Of a DNA stretch of 28,726 nt, positions 16,683 to 25,743 are shown one piece after another (position 1 is the first letter of the stretch; each line of letters starts with the position of its first letter). The stretch is from Abditibacteriaceae bacterium (lineage in GTDB: Bacteria; Armatimonadota; Abditibacteriia; Abditibacteriales; Abditibacteriaceae): contig JANMKN010000013.1 in NCBI GenBank assembly GCA_031372065.1, forward strand, positions 1 through 28,726, given 5' to 3'. Both the position numbers and the translations under genes were made by a program. The notes below the pieces were generated by a model. That model saw only the letters and a list, made by a program, of their open reading frames with translations, was not told the origin of the DNA and made no database searches.

Positions 16683-18926
16683 TTAACGCCCAAATTCGGC
16701 GCGTCGCCAGGCGGCGAAAAATTCGGCTTCGCTCAGGCCCGTCGTGGCAAACAGCGCCTCATCAACGCTTTGGCCGGAGCCTAAACGTTGCAGCGTTTCG
16801 GCTACGCGCCCGGCGCCAAAACTGTTGTAAAAAAACGACATCAAGCGATAGCCTTGCGCTTCGGCTTGGCTGAGGGTGTTGACTTGCGTTCCGGCCCGCG
16901 CGAATTGTTCGGGCGAAAAAAGCCCGCTGGTTTTGAGCGAATCGGTGTAAGCCTGTCCCAAACGTGACGCGGTAACCAAATCGGAAGAAACGCCTTGGTT
17001 GACCAATCCCGACAGGCCATAATGCATCCACGGCGGCACTGGCGTGCCGCCTCCGGCCAAGGCGTTGAGAAGAACATAAGTGTGCAAGCGCGCCATGCGA
17101 GCCACGGGAAATAAATCGGGCGTTAGACCGGTGTTCAAAGGATCGGCTTGCGGCAACATCGCGCCTTGCCCGCCCAGACTAATTGGCGGCAAATCACTAA
17201 GCAAAAACATCCGACTGCCATTGACATCGCCACTCAGCGCGGGAAGCGGCGTGCTTTGCCTGAGCCAGCCCGACGCGGTGCGATAAGCGGCAAAATAATT
17301 GAGCGAGGGAAAGAGAATCGCTTCTTCGTCATCGGCACGCCAACCGACATTGTTGGAAGCACGCGCCAATAATTGCGTGGCGGGCGCTAAAATCGGCATT
17401 TGCGGGTCGTTGGGGAAATAGCGCAATAAAATCGGATTGCCCGGCGCGCCATAAACTTGAAGCAATGGCGGTTCAACGCGCGTTTGATTGCCCAAAAAGC
17501 TGGCCGCATCGCGCCAAAGGCCAATCATATCGCGCGGCATACCCGCCAAATCTTTGGCGTTAGTTGCTGACTCAGCGGCATTTGTCTCGTTAGTGGTCGC
17601 GCGATCTTGCGAAAGCAGCCAATCGGCTATCGAAGTTGCATTTAACGAGGCATTCCACGCTTGCGCGGCAGTGGAATAAGCTGCCGAACGCTCCTGCGAA
17701 GGTTGATAAATATCTTCGCCTTGCGTGGCCGCTATCGAGCCTTGCATCCATAGGGTTTCCGCCGCATTGGGCGCCAGTTCTAAGGCTTGATTGAGCCACG
17801 GCGTCGCTTTTTGCGCATCGTTGCGCTGCAAAGCCAAACGCGCCCGCATCACAGCCAATAAAGCGCGCGCCGCCTTTTGCGCCGCCGCATTAGCTTCAGG
17901 ACTCAGACCAAAAGACAGCGCACGAATTTCGCGGCGCGTGACCAAAAGCTGCGCTTCAGGACGTGGCATTGTAGCCGGTGAGCCGCCCGGCGTTATGGTG
18001 CGCACAACCGTATCGCCTTGCATTTGCCCGGCTACGGTGTTGCTGGCGGGAATCAACAACAGTCCCCATGCGCTGGGGCCGGCCTCGGCTTGCCCGCCGT
18101 TGGCCGTTGTTTGCCCGTAATTATCAAGCAAACGAGCGGGCACCGCCAACACATCGTCATCGGCAAAGCGCTGTGCATTGCGATGGCGCGTTGCCAGAGC
18201 CACTTCCACCGCAAAACGCGACAAATTGCCCAAAAACGCAGCGCCATCGGCGCGATGCGTTTCCACAAAACGCGGCGTAAAAACCACCCAACCTTGGCCG
18301 TAAGGCGCTACCATCGCGGCATACAAAGGCTGATTGGCGGGAGCCGCCGCTAAATCGGTGACGGCCAATAATCCCACGCCCGCCGGATGCTCTACAGCGA
18401 GATGATCGCCAGCGGCCATTTGGTAATAAATCGTGCGCACACTCAGCGAACGCAGCGCTTGCACAGGCCGCGTGGCGTTGCCCCACAGCAAACGATGCCC
18501 GCCAAAAACCAGGGCGGCGCGGGCACGGCCAAATAATTGTCCGGCTTGGCGCGCCGAAGGCAAACGCGCCGCCATAGTGCGAAATCCAAAATACTGCGCG
18601 GCATCGGTGTGCAGAAAAACAGTGCCGCCATTGCCCACCCATTGCAATAATGCTTGCCGCCCGCCCGCCTGCCGATCCAGTTCGGCCCGCGAAACGCCAA
18701 GAGAAACCGCATCAATATCTTGGCGGGTCAATAGCGTTGTCAAGCCACCCACCGAATCCGCCTCGATGAGCATTACGCGCGTGTTAGGCAGCGCATTGCT
18801 GCGCGGCGCCGCTGCGGTTGTTCGATTGCTTGCCCCATTCGCCGCATTGCGATTTTGGGCAAAAACGGGAGGCACCACCAAACCACACAGTAGAACGAAA
18901 ACAATGAAAAAGCGAGAAAAAGACAT
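16683..18926 (-). CDS. exported protein: GATase-like N-domain, TPR, degenerate peptidase-MA-like C-domain
   Basis: Signal peptide ending VFA with GGAG RBS. LLQWVGNGGTVF...YGQGWVV, TPR LNQALELAPNAAETL, and PPWMHYGLS...GYRLMSFFYNSFG...FFAAWR. Confidence 0.65.
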   Translation of the reverse strand: MSFSRFFIVFVLLCGLVVPPVFAQNRNAANGASNRTTAAAPRSNALPNTRVMLIEADSVGGLTTLLTRQDIDAVSLGVSRAELDRQAGGRQALLQWVGNGGTVFLHTDAAQYFGFRTMAARLPSARQAGQLFGRARAALVFGGHRLLWGNATRPVQALRSLSVRTIYYQMAAGDHLAVEHPAGVGLLAVTDLAAAPANQPLYAAMVAPYGQGWVVFTPRFVETHRADGAAFLGNLSRFAVEVALATRHRNAQRFADDDVLAVPARLLDNYGQTTANGGQAEAGPSAWGLLLIPASNTVAGQMQGDTVVRTITPGGSPATMPRPEAQLLVTRREIRALSFGLSPEANAAAQKAARALLAVMRARLALQRNDAQKATPWLNQALELAPNAAETLWMQGSIAATQGEDIYQPSQERSAAYSTAAQAWNASLNATSIADWLLSQDRATTNETNAAESATNAKDLAGMPRDMIGLWRDAASFLGNQTRVEPPLLQVYGAPGNPILLRYFPNDPQMPILAPATQLLARASNNVGWRADDEEAILFPSLNYFAAYRTASGWLRQSTPLPALSGDVNGSRMFLLSDLPPISLGGQGAMLPQADPLNTGLTPDLFPVARMARLHTYVLLNALAGGGTPVPPWMHYGLSGLVNQGVSSDLVTASRLGQAYTDSLKTSGLFSPEQFARAGTQVNTLSQAEAQGYRLMSFFYNSFGAGRVAETLQRLGSGQSVDEALFATTGLSEAEFFAAWRRAEFGR

Positions 18927-18945
18927 AAGAACTCCATTTTGCGAT

Positions 18946-19021
18946 TGGTCAGTTGTCACTTGAAATGATTTCTACACCAGTAAAACCATAAAACAAGTGA
19001 GCAATGACAATTGACCAGTGA
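18946..19021. repeat. heptamer repeats arranged as an inverted pair
   Basis: caagtga-gcaatga-caattga-ccagtga (18994-19021) with complementary tcagttg-tcacttg (18949-18962). Confidence 0.6.
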
Positions 19022-20482
19022 CTAAAACACAAACTCTTCGACTACGCCGGTGGTGGTAACAGTGCAAAGCTGCTCGCCGACGGGCGCAACGCCAAAAGGC
19101 GCGGCGGCGCTGGCACGCAGATTACAAATGGAATGACCACTTTCAGGGTCAAGCACCGGCAATAAAGCAGAATCGCAACCGATTAATAGCAATTCGCGTG
19201 TCGAAGAATCAGACTGGTTTTGCAGCAGTGGCAAAGGCCGCGCGCGAACCGGCGCACCTGCATCGAATTGCCAAAGCAATGTGCCATCATTTGCCGTAAA
19301 ACAGCGCACCATACCATCGCTGCCGCCCAAAACGACAACCTCGCCAAATTTATAGCGGCGAAATAATGGTTCACCGCGCAAAAGCACGATTTCATTCGCG
19401 TGAGGATTGCGCGAAAAAGCGAATTTCTTCCAAATTTTTTGTCCGGTTTTCAAATCCAGACACGACAGAGTGCCCGTATCGTCGGCGCAGAAAACGTGGC
19501 CTTTTTCTATGTCTAACGCGGGCGGCGCCACTTGGGGCGAGGGCGTGTGATTATTGCGCGGATATTTCCATAAAACAACGCCCGTGATGGCATCCAAACA
19601 CCACAAACCACCCGCCAAACCAGCGCTTTGCAAAAGCGGCACTAACACACGCGGTGTTTTGTATTGCTCTGTTGTCGGCACTGCCACAATGCCATTGCCA
19701 ATTGGCGCGCCAATGCGCCGCGACCAGATAACTTTGCCGGTGCCCATTTCCAAACCAACCACAAATCCGCCATCGTTGCCCGCGACGATCATTTTATGCG
19801 TCTTGCGGACAAGATGAGTGCGCGGCGCGGGCGCGGCTATCGGCGTTGCAGTAGCGGCATTATTAACGGGATTATCAACCGCCGCTACAGGGGCAGGCAA
19901 CGTAGCGACTGCCAATTCTTGCTGTTCTGTGGTTTGCCACTGCACGGCTGCCGGACGTGCAGTCAGAGGCGCATTCGTCGCGCGTTGCCAGAGAATCTTG
20001 CCACGACGCCAATCGAGCGCGGTTAGCACACCGTTTTCGCTTGGCACGAAAGCCACGCTGCCCTGCACCACAGGCGAAGCGCGCAGTGGAAAATCGGTGT
20101 TCAAACAAGAAACAACAGTGCCTTTTTGCGGATCAAAGCGCAGCAACTCGCCGCCTTCACCCGGCAAAAGCAAAACGTTACCTTCTTTGTCGGAAGCCGC
20201 CACCGGCACGGCGGATGGCACCGAAACCACGCCCAACTGGTCTCCTTTAATGAGCGAAACAGGCGGCACGAAAATCATGCCAACGCAAATGCCAATTAAA
20301 GCGACAACGGCTGCGGCAACAGCGAATTTTTGCACCACGCGCCGCCGTCGCGCCGCGAGAATGCGTTGTGCGCTGCGCGTGCCATAGATGCCAAAAGGAT
20401 CATAGGCTGGGCCTTGCGCTTCTTCAGGACGCGGCGAACCGCCTTTGGCTTTGTTTGGTGGTTGAGGCGATTGAACGGACAT
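19022..20482 (-). CDS. membrane-anchored PQQ-like beta-propeller protein (BamB-like repeats)
   Basis: N-terminal TM. Repeats ALDWRRGKILW, LEMGTGKVIW, LDAITGVVLW, LDLKTGQKIW and ANDGTLLW. Confidence 0.88.
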   Translation of the reverse strand: MSVQSPQPPNKAKGGSPRPEEAQGPAYDPFGIYGTRSAQRILAARRRRVVQKFAVAAAVVALIGICVGMIFVPPVSLIKGDQLGVVSVPSAVPVAASDKEGNVLLLPGEGGELLRFDPQKGTVVSCLNTDFPLRASPVVQGSVAFVPSENGVLTALDWRRGKILWQRATNAPLTARPAAVQWQTTEQQELAVATLPAPVAAVDNPVNNAATATPIAAPAPRTHLVRKTHKMIVAGNDGGFVVGLEMGTGKVIWSRRIGAPIGNGIVAVPTTEQYKTPRVLVPLLQSAGLAGGLWCLDAITGVVLWKYPRNNHTPSPQVAPPALDIEKGHVFCADDTGTLSCLDLKTGQKIWKKFAFSRNPHANEIVLLRGEPLFRRYKFGEVVVLGGSDGMVRCFTANDGTLLWQFDAGAPVRARPLPLLQNQSDSSTRELLLIGCDSALLPVLDPESGHSICNLRASAAAPFGVAPVGEQLCTVTTTGVVEEFVF

Positions 20483-20484
20483 TT

Positions 20485-21789
20485 CTATTCGAAAGACAGC
20501 GGCAACGTGCCTAAAACTTGTGTCAGGGGCGAAGCAACTTCATCATTAAAATGGTCGGCATTAAAATGGTCGGCGGCGCTTTCGACACGTGGCCCAGATG
20601 GTTCGATTTCAATCATGCGCCCGGCTCGCACCGATTCGGCAGCGGCTTCAATGACGCGCAAGGCGCGAACGGCACTTTCCAACGGTGGCCGCGTTTCGGC
20701 TGTGAGCGCCGCTTTGTGCGGTTCGACAACGCACGCCGCTAAAAACGCTTTTACGTCTTCGACAACACCAGCTAAATTCGCCGCCGACACTTGAACGGCC
20801 AAACCCGGAGGCTCCCACAAACGCGCGGCTTCGCATGGCTCATGCAACCATAAGCGCCGCCCACCTTCACACACAATTGAGCGTCCTTCGGTGCCGCAGA
20901 TTTCCAAGCGCGGTAGCGGCGAACTCCAATTTTCTGCGGGCGCAAAAAGGGCCAAAGCACTGGCGCCATCGGCAAAATGCAGCCACAACGTCGCCACGCC
21001 CGCACGTTCAGCGCCTAAAACGGCCACTGGTGCCGCCACAGGCAGAGAATCGCGCGATTCTCTGCCTGTGGCGGCGATGGGTGCGGCAAAAGCGAGCAGT
21101 AAATCGGCGGCGGCATAGCTGGAAGAAAGCGCTAAAGCCTCATCGCGCGACAAAGGCTTGGCCGCGCCGGTAGAGACACCATTTGCTGAATTTTTTTTCA
21201 CTTCGCGAGGCCGAAACAATCCGGCGCCCCAGCGCAGCGACAAACCCGAAACCGGGCCGAGCATTCCGCGTTCGAGCAAGCGCCACGCGGCTCGGTGTGC
21301 GGCGGCCTGTCGCAAAGGGCGCGCGCACCACAATTGCAAACCTTGTCCCGGCAAAGGCGGCACCAACAGTTTTTCCAAATCGCTGGCCGCTTGCGCCGTG
21401 GGTGCGGGCGGGCCATCCACCCACAAATGGCGCGGCCCCAACGCGCCGCGCATCGCTAAAATCACTTCGGCGGCCACATCCGGCCCAGCGGCGCATAAAA
21501 CGGCATCAAGCGGCACTTCGCGCAGCATTTGGCGCCAATCTTCGTAGATGGCGCGCACACGCGCAACTTCACCGACGCGTCGCGCACGGGACACATCGGC
21601 ATCGCAAAGGGCAACAATATCCGGCTGTGCGGGCGGTTGATATTGAATTTCGGTGTGCGCGCCCGGACGGCGCCCCCACCACGCGCCCGTATCCGGCGGC
21701 GTCAGCGCATCTGGCCCCGACAAAGCTGGCAAAAGCGCCCATTCCGTGACTGCTCCCGCTCCGATAATGCCAATTCGCACACGACGCAT
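20485..21789 (-). CDS. Gfo/Idh/MocA-family oxidoreductase-like protein
   Basis: RIGIIGAG, IVALCDAD, IYEDWRQML..PLDAV and LEICGTEG. The usual EKP motif reads DGP. Confidence 0.8.
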   Translation of the reverse strand: MRRVRIGIIGAGAVTEWALLPALSGPDALTPPDTGAWWGRRPGAHTEIQYQPPAQPDIVALCDADVSRARRVGEVARVRAIYEDWRQMLREVPLDAVLCAAGPDVAAEVILAMRGALGPRHLWVDGPPAPTAQAASDLEKLLVPPLPGQGLQLWCARPLRQAAAHRAAWRLLERGMLGPVSGLSLRWGAGLFRPREVKKNSANGVSTGAAKPLSRDEALALSSSYAAADLLLAFAAPIAATGRESRDSLPVAAPVAVLGAERAGVATLWLHFADGASALALFAPAENWSSPLPRLEICGTEGRSIVCEGGRRLWLHEPCEAARLWEPPGLAVQVSAANLAGVVEDVKAFLAACVVEPHKAALTAETRPPLESAVRALRVIEAAAESVRAGRMIEIEPSGPRVESAADHFNADHFNDEVASPLTQVLGTLPLSFE

Positions 21790-22009
21790 AATTTCGATAA
21801 TTCAGCGACCAAAAGCCCTTTCAGTTTAACAGTGACTTTTCGGCATTCGCTGCGTAAAATCAAAAGAAGTGAGCTTTTGTAAACTTAGTTCGCCGTTTTA
21901 CCGTCCGATGCGGGTTTTCTGCTCGTGACCACGCGCAGAAACACGGCCCCGCCTTTGCATTGGAAACAGGGCCATTATCGCTAATCGAATTTCGAAAGGA
22001 AGCGACTTT

Positions 22010-24538
22010 ATGATTACCAGCCGTTTTCCGGCAAGTCCCGGACAGCCTTCGTTCAAACGCCGTATTTCGCCACTGTTGGTTTTGGGTGGCATGGCCGCAT
22101 TCGGATGCCTCGCGCCCATTGTAGCGCCACAGAGCGCGCCGCAAGTGCAAGCGCAAGAAGCGCAAGGCGCCATCAATGTTTACATCAACGACAAACCGTT
22201 AAATTTTGGCACGGCCCGCCCTGCCCGCATTGGAGGCCGCGTTTTCGTGCCGATGCGCGCCATTTTTGAAGGTTTAGGCGCGCAAGTGCAATGGGACGGT
22301 GCTACGCAAAGCATCAACGCCCAGCGCGGCGCCACTGTGGTGCAAATGCAAATCGGCAATCGCAACGCCACCATCAACGGCAACGCTGTGAACCTTGACC
22401 AGCCGCCGTTGCTTTATGGCGGCGCCACGATGGTGCCTTTGCGCTTCGTCGGCGAAGCCCTGGGCGCTGAAGTGCGTTGGAGCGAAATCCAACAGTCCGT
22501 TTTTATTACCAGCAACACCGGTAGCGGCAGCAATCCGTTGCCTAATCCGGGCACCACACCGGGAACAATACCCGGCACCACACCTGTCACACCAGTAACA
22601 CCCGGAACCATACCGGTAATCCCGGTAACACCAGGCACCATACCGGTCAACCCCGTCCCACCAACCACGCCGCAAAGCAATGAAATCGTTGGCACCGTTG
22701 TCAAGGCCGATGCCACTCCGCCCGCCACTATCACTGTGCGCAGCAAAGACGCCAACGGCGCGGCAACGGTGGACACCTATCAGATTTCGCCCGGAGTGCG
22801 GCCTCAACGGAGTTATGCCCGCTTTCCGCAACAGGCTGGCGCGCAACCCGATTGGCAAGCACCAACGCCCGTCGCCTTGGCTGCTCTGATAGGCGGAGAA
22901 GAAGTCAATTTGAAATTGAATGCCAACAGGCAAGTCTCGATGATCAACACGCAAGTGATGTTGGCTCCGGGACAAGTCAAAAGCGCGACGCGAGATCAAA
23001 TTGTGTTGAACGATGGACGCGACACCACGTTAAAAATTGGCGATCAGGTGAAATATGTCAACAAAGCCGGACGCCCCAATATGGGAGTAGATGTGCGCCC
23101 CGGCGACAACGTCGCCTTGTTCGTGGCACCTTCGACTTACACCATTTTTGCGGTCTACGGACGCGATGAAGAAGTCAAACAAGCGGGTGGCACGCCAAAT
23201 CCAGTGACACCGGGCACAACTCCTTTTATCCCCGGCACAACTCCTATTGTCCCCGGCACGACGCCTGGCACAGTGCCACCAATCAACAATGGCCTGATTC
23301 AGGCTGTGACGCATAACGCCACACAACCACTGAAGGCAGGCTCTACCATCAACATTACGGTGCGCGGCACCATGACGGGCTTGCGTGGCTCGTTCACCGT
23401 ATCGCCACGCATGGCCGCGCTGCCTTTAGTTGAACGTGCTGATCGTGCGGGAATCTACACCGCTGTTTACACCGTGCAACCCGGCGACGATGTGCTGAAC
23501 GGACGCGTCACAGTGGCGATGACTGGCCCAAACAATGTCGTGGACACGCAGCAATCGCAACAACCAGTGACCATTGACACCTCAGCGCCGCGCATTACGG
23601 GCGTCTTTCCTTCCAATGGCAGCCAAACCAACAACACCATGCCGAATATTGCGGTTTACGCCGATGATATTGGCGGCAGCGGCCTCGCGCGCGGCACCAT
23701 CAGCCTGACGCTGCCCAACGGACAAACTGTCAACGTGCCAGCCGTCGTTGTGGTCGGTGGTTTGAGCGGCGAAACACCGCGCGCTTTGCCTCCGGGCCAA
23801 ATTAGCTTGCGCGCCACGGCAAGCGATGCCGCAGGAAACGAAACACAGGCGATTTCGGTGTTTACCGTAATGGGCAATGCGCCCGGCGCGGTCAATGCGG
23901 TAACGCACAACGCCCGCGCCACCCTGCGCGGCAATGACGTGCTGGTAACTGAACTGCGTGCCGATGCCAATGGCCGCGCTACCTTCGATTTAGTTGGCGA
24001 CAACAACCGCCTGATTGCGGTCAACTTACCGATGCGCGAAATCGAAGCGGGCCGTTATCAGGGCACTTACACCGTGCAAGGCAATGAAGGCACCAATAAA
24101 TTGCGTGTCGTGGGCCGCTTCACGGGCGCCGATAATCGCACCGTCACCAACGAAGCCACCACTATGGTCACGTTGTCCACCGCTCCCGCCGTGCAAAAAG
24201 GCGTCCTGAGCATAACGGCCCCCACCGATAACGCGCAAGTGCAATCGCCCCTCACGGTGCGCGGACGCGCTTTAGGCGGCGCTATTGTGGATGTGGCGAT
24301 TCGCGCCGAAGGCACCAAAGTCACACGCGTGTTGCTTTTCGAGAGCCGCCGCCCTTATACGCAGGAACTCGGCACGCAGCAAATTCAGGCCAATAACAAC
24401 GGCGTTTGGTCTACGCGTCCGATTGAACTGCCTAAGCCCAAAGATGTCGAAGATCTCCAATTCGTCATCACCGTGACGCAAACCGACAGTCTCAATCGCC
24501 GCAGCGATCCGATTACCATTACGGTGAAACCGCAGTAA
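22010..24538 (+). CDS. large exported protein: copper-amine-oxidase N-terminal-like (stalk) domain, Pro/Thr linkers, Ig-like beta domains
   Basis: GRVFVPMRAIFEGLGAQVQWD and GATMVPLRFVGEALGAEVRW. TPGT repeats, DTSAPRI...ASDAAGN (Big-like) and two AVTHNA-starting domains. Confidence 0.85.
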   Translation: MITSRFPASPGQPSFKRRISPLLVLGGMAAFGCLAPIVAPQSAPQVQAQEAQGAINVYINDKPLNFGTARPARIGGRVFVPMRAIFEGLGAQVQWDGATQSINAQRGATVVQMQIGNRNATINGNAVNLDQPPLLYGGATMVPLRFVGEALGAEVRWSEIQQSVFITSNTGSGSNPLPNPGTTPGTIPGTTPVTPVTPGTIPVIPVTPGTIPVNPVPPTTPQSNEIVGTVVKADATPPATITVRSKDANGAATVDTYQISPGVRPQRSYARFPQQAGAQPDWQAPTPVALAALIGGEEVNLKLNANRQVSMINTQVMLAPGQVKSATRDQIVLNDGRDTTLKIGDQVKYVNKAGRPNMGVDVRPGDNVALFVAPSTYTIFAVYGRDEEVKQAGGTPNPVTPGTTPFIPGTTPIVPGTTPGTVPPINNGLIQAVTHNATQPLKAGSTINITVRGTMTGLRGSFTVSPRMAALPLVERADRAGIYTAVYTVQPGDDVLNGRVTVAMTGPNNVVDTQQSQQPVTIDTSAPRITGVFPSNGSQTNNTMPNIAVYADDIGGSGLARGTISLTLPNGQTVNVPAVVVVGGLSGETPRALPPGQISLRATASDAAGNETQAISVFTVMGNAPGAVNAVTHNARATLRGNDVLVTELRADANGRATFDLVGDNNRLIAVNLPMREIEAGRYQGTYTVQGNEGTNKLRVVGRFTGADNRTVTNEATTMVTLSTAPAVQKGVLSITAPTDNAQVQSPLTVRGRALGGAIVDVAIRAEGTKVTRVLLFESRRPYTQELGTQQIQANNNGVWSTRPIELPKPKDVEDLQFVITVTQTDSLNRRSDPITITVKPQ

Positions 24539-24558
24539 TCAGAAAACTGACGCAAAGT

Positions 24559-24599
24559 AAGCAAAACGCCCGTCGAAATTTTCGACGGGCGTTTTGCTT
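24559..24599 (+). terminator. intrinsic terminator
   Basis: Perfect 19-bp stem aagcaaaacgcccgtcgaa / ttcgacgggcgttttgctt. Confidence 0.85.
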
Positions 24600-24679
24600 T
24601 GGTTGGTCAATCTTCACGTTCGCGTTCTCGAAACATAGCCAATGGCGCGCGTGGCAGCGAAACTGGGCATAGGAAAATC

Positions 24680-25114
24680 ATGAAATTATTCTGGTTGATG
24701 TTAGCCGGTGCTTTGGGTGCCGCCGCGCGCTACGGACTGACGATTGCTATTCAAAATTGGCTCGCCTCGCGCGGTGAACGCAGTTTTTTAGCGACAAATT
24801 TAGGCGCGACATTTCCGCTTGGCACGCTGCTCATTAACGTTTCCGGCTGCTTTTTTTTGGCTTTTTTGACGACTTTGGTGCTACAAGGCATGGTCAAACC
24901 AGAACTACGCCTCATTTTGGGCACTGGCTTTTTAGGTGCGTTCACTACATTTTCGACATTTGAAGTGGAATCAGAAAACTTGCTGTCCAGCAGTCAATGG
25001 CTGCCTGCTTCGGTTTATATTTTTGGTAATTTGCTTCTCGGATTTGCGGCGGTTATCTTAGGTCGCTTCGTCGCCCTACGCTTTTTTGGCTCCGCTGTGG
25101 CTGGAAACGCCTGA
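24680..25114 (+). CDS. crcB: fluoride efflux channel CrcB/FluC
   Basis: GALGAAARY, FPLGTLLINVSGCF and GTGFLGAFTTFSTF. AGGA RBS before ATG 24680. Confidence 0.95.
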   Translation: MKLFWLMLAGALGAAARYGLTIAIQNWLASRGERSFLATNLGATFPLGTLLINVSGCFFLAFLTTLVLQGMVKPELRLILGTGFLGAFTTFSTFEVESENLLSSSQWLPASVYIFGNLLLGFAAVILGRFVALRFFGSAVAGNA

Positions 25115-25232
25115 TTTCCTCAAATAATCCTTGCTTGGCTCAACCTGCACCTCTATGAGGCTTCGCTACACTACAAAGAGCGTGTGATGCGGTTCTATGG
25201 GCCTCAAATGCACCAAGTGAAAAGGAGAATTT

Positions 25233-25691
25233 ATGACTGGAACTTTGCAACAATTTTTGGTGACGGCGATTCCCGCCACCAAAGGCGAACTGTTGGAGGC
25301 ATTGGCGCGGTTGCCCGAAGACAAGCGCGGTTGGTGCGCGGGTGGCAAAGCGCGCACGGCGTTGGATTTGGTCGCCGAATGCGCCATTCTTAATGGCTAT
25401 ACTGCCGACCTCATCATCAGCAAGAAATTCGATTTCGCATTAGCGGATTTTCAAAAAGAGAAGGACGATTTGGGCGCCGATTTAGAAGCCTTAAAAGCCT
25501 TGCTGAACGAAAACACTGCCAAAGTGGTGGAGGTCATTCAAAATGTGCCCGACGAGGATTTGGAAATCATCATTGAATTTCCGTGGGGGCCGTCCACCGT
25601 CGCCGAAACTTGCTCTTATCCCTATTGGAACATGAAATACCACACAGGACAGATTAATTTCATCTCTTCGATTTTGGGCTGTCTGGACTGA
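25233..25691 (+). CDS. DinB/YfiT-like four-helix protein
   Basis: LPEDKRGW...ARTALDLVAEC...WNMKYHTGQINFI pattern, with AGGAG RBS. Confidence 0.75.
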   Translation: MTGTLQQFLVTAIPATKGELLEALARLPEDKRGWCAGGKARTALDLVAECAILNGYTADLIISKKFDFALADFQKEKDDLGADLEALKALLNENTAKVVEVIQNVPDEDLEIIIEFPWGPSTVAETCSYPYWNMKYHTGQINFISSILGCLD

Positions 25692-25698
25692 ATTGTTG

Positions 25699-25731
25699 AA
25701 AACGGCGGCGCCTCCAAAGCGCCGCCGTTTT
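25699..25731 (+). terminator. intrinsic terminator
   Basis: aaaacggcggcgc-ctccaaa-gcgccgccgtttt followed by a T-rich run. Confidence 0.75.
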
Positions 25732-25743
25732 GTCTATTTTGCC

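Noticed and set aside
21790..22009. Riboswitch or ncRNA in the divergent intergenic region
   Set aside because: Only short stems (e.g. ggccc...gggcc) and no consensus I can support.
15044..24481. Numerous antisense or alternate-frame ORFs (e.g. 15521..16330, 22274..22999)
   Set aside because: They are shadows of well-supported genes in GC-rich DNA and carry no motifs.
24600..24679. Fluoride riboswitch upstream of crcB
   Set aside because: No GGCGATGG-type P1 or pseudoknot consensus is recognisable. An Rfam RF01734 scan would settle it.
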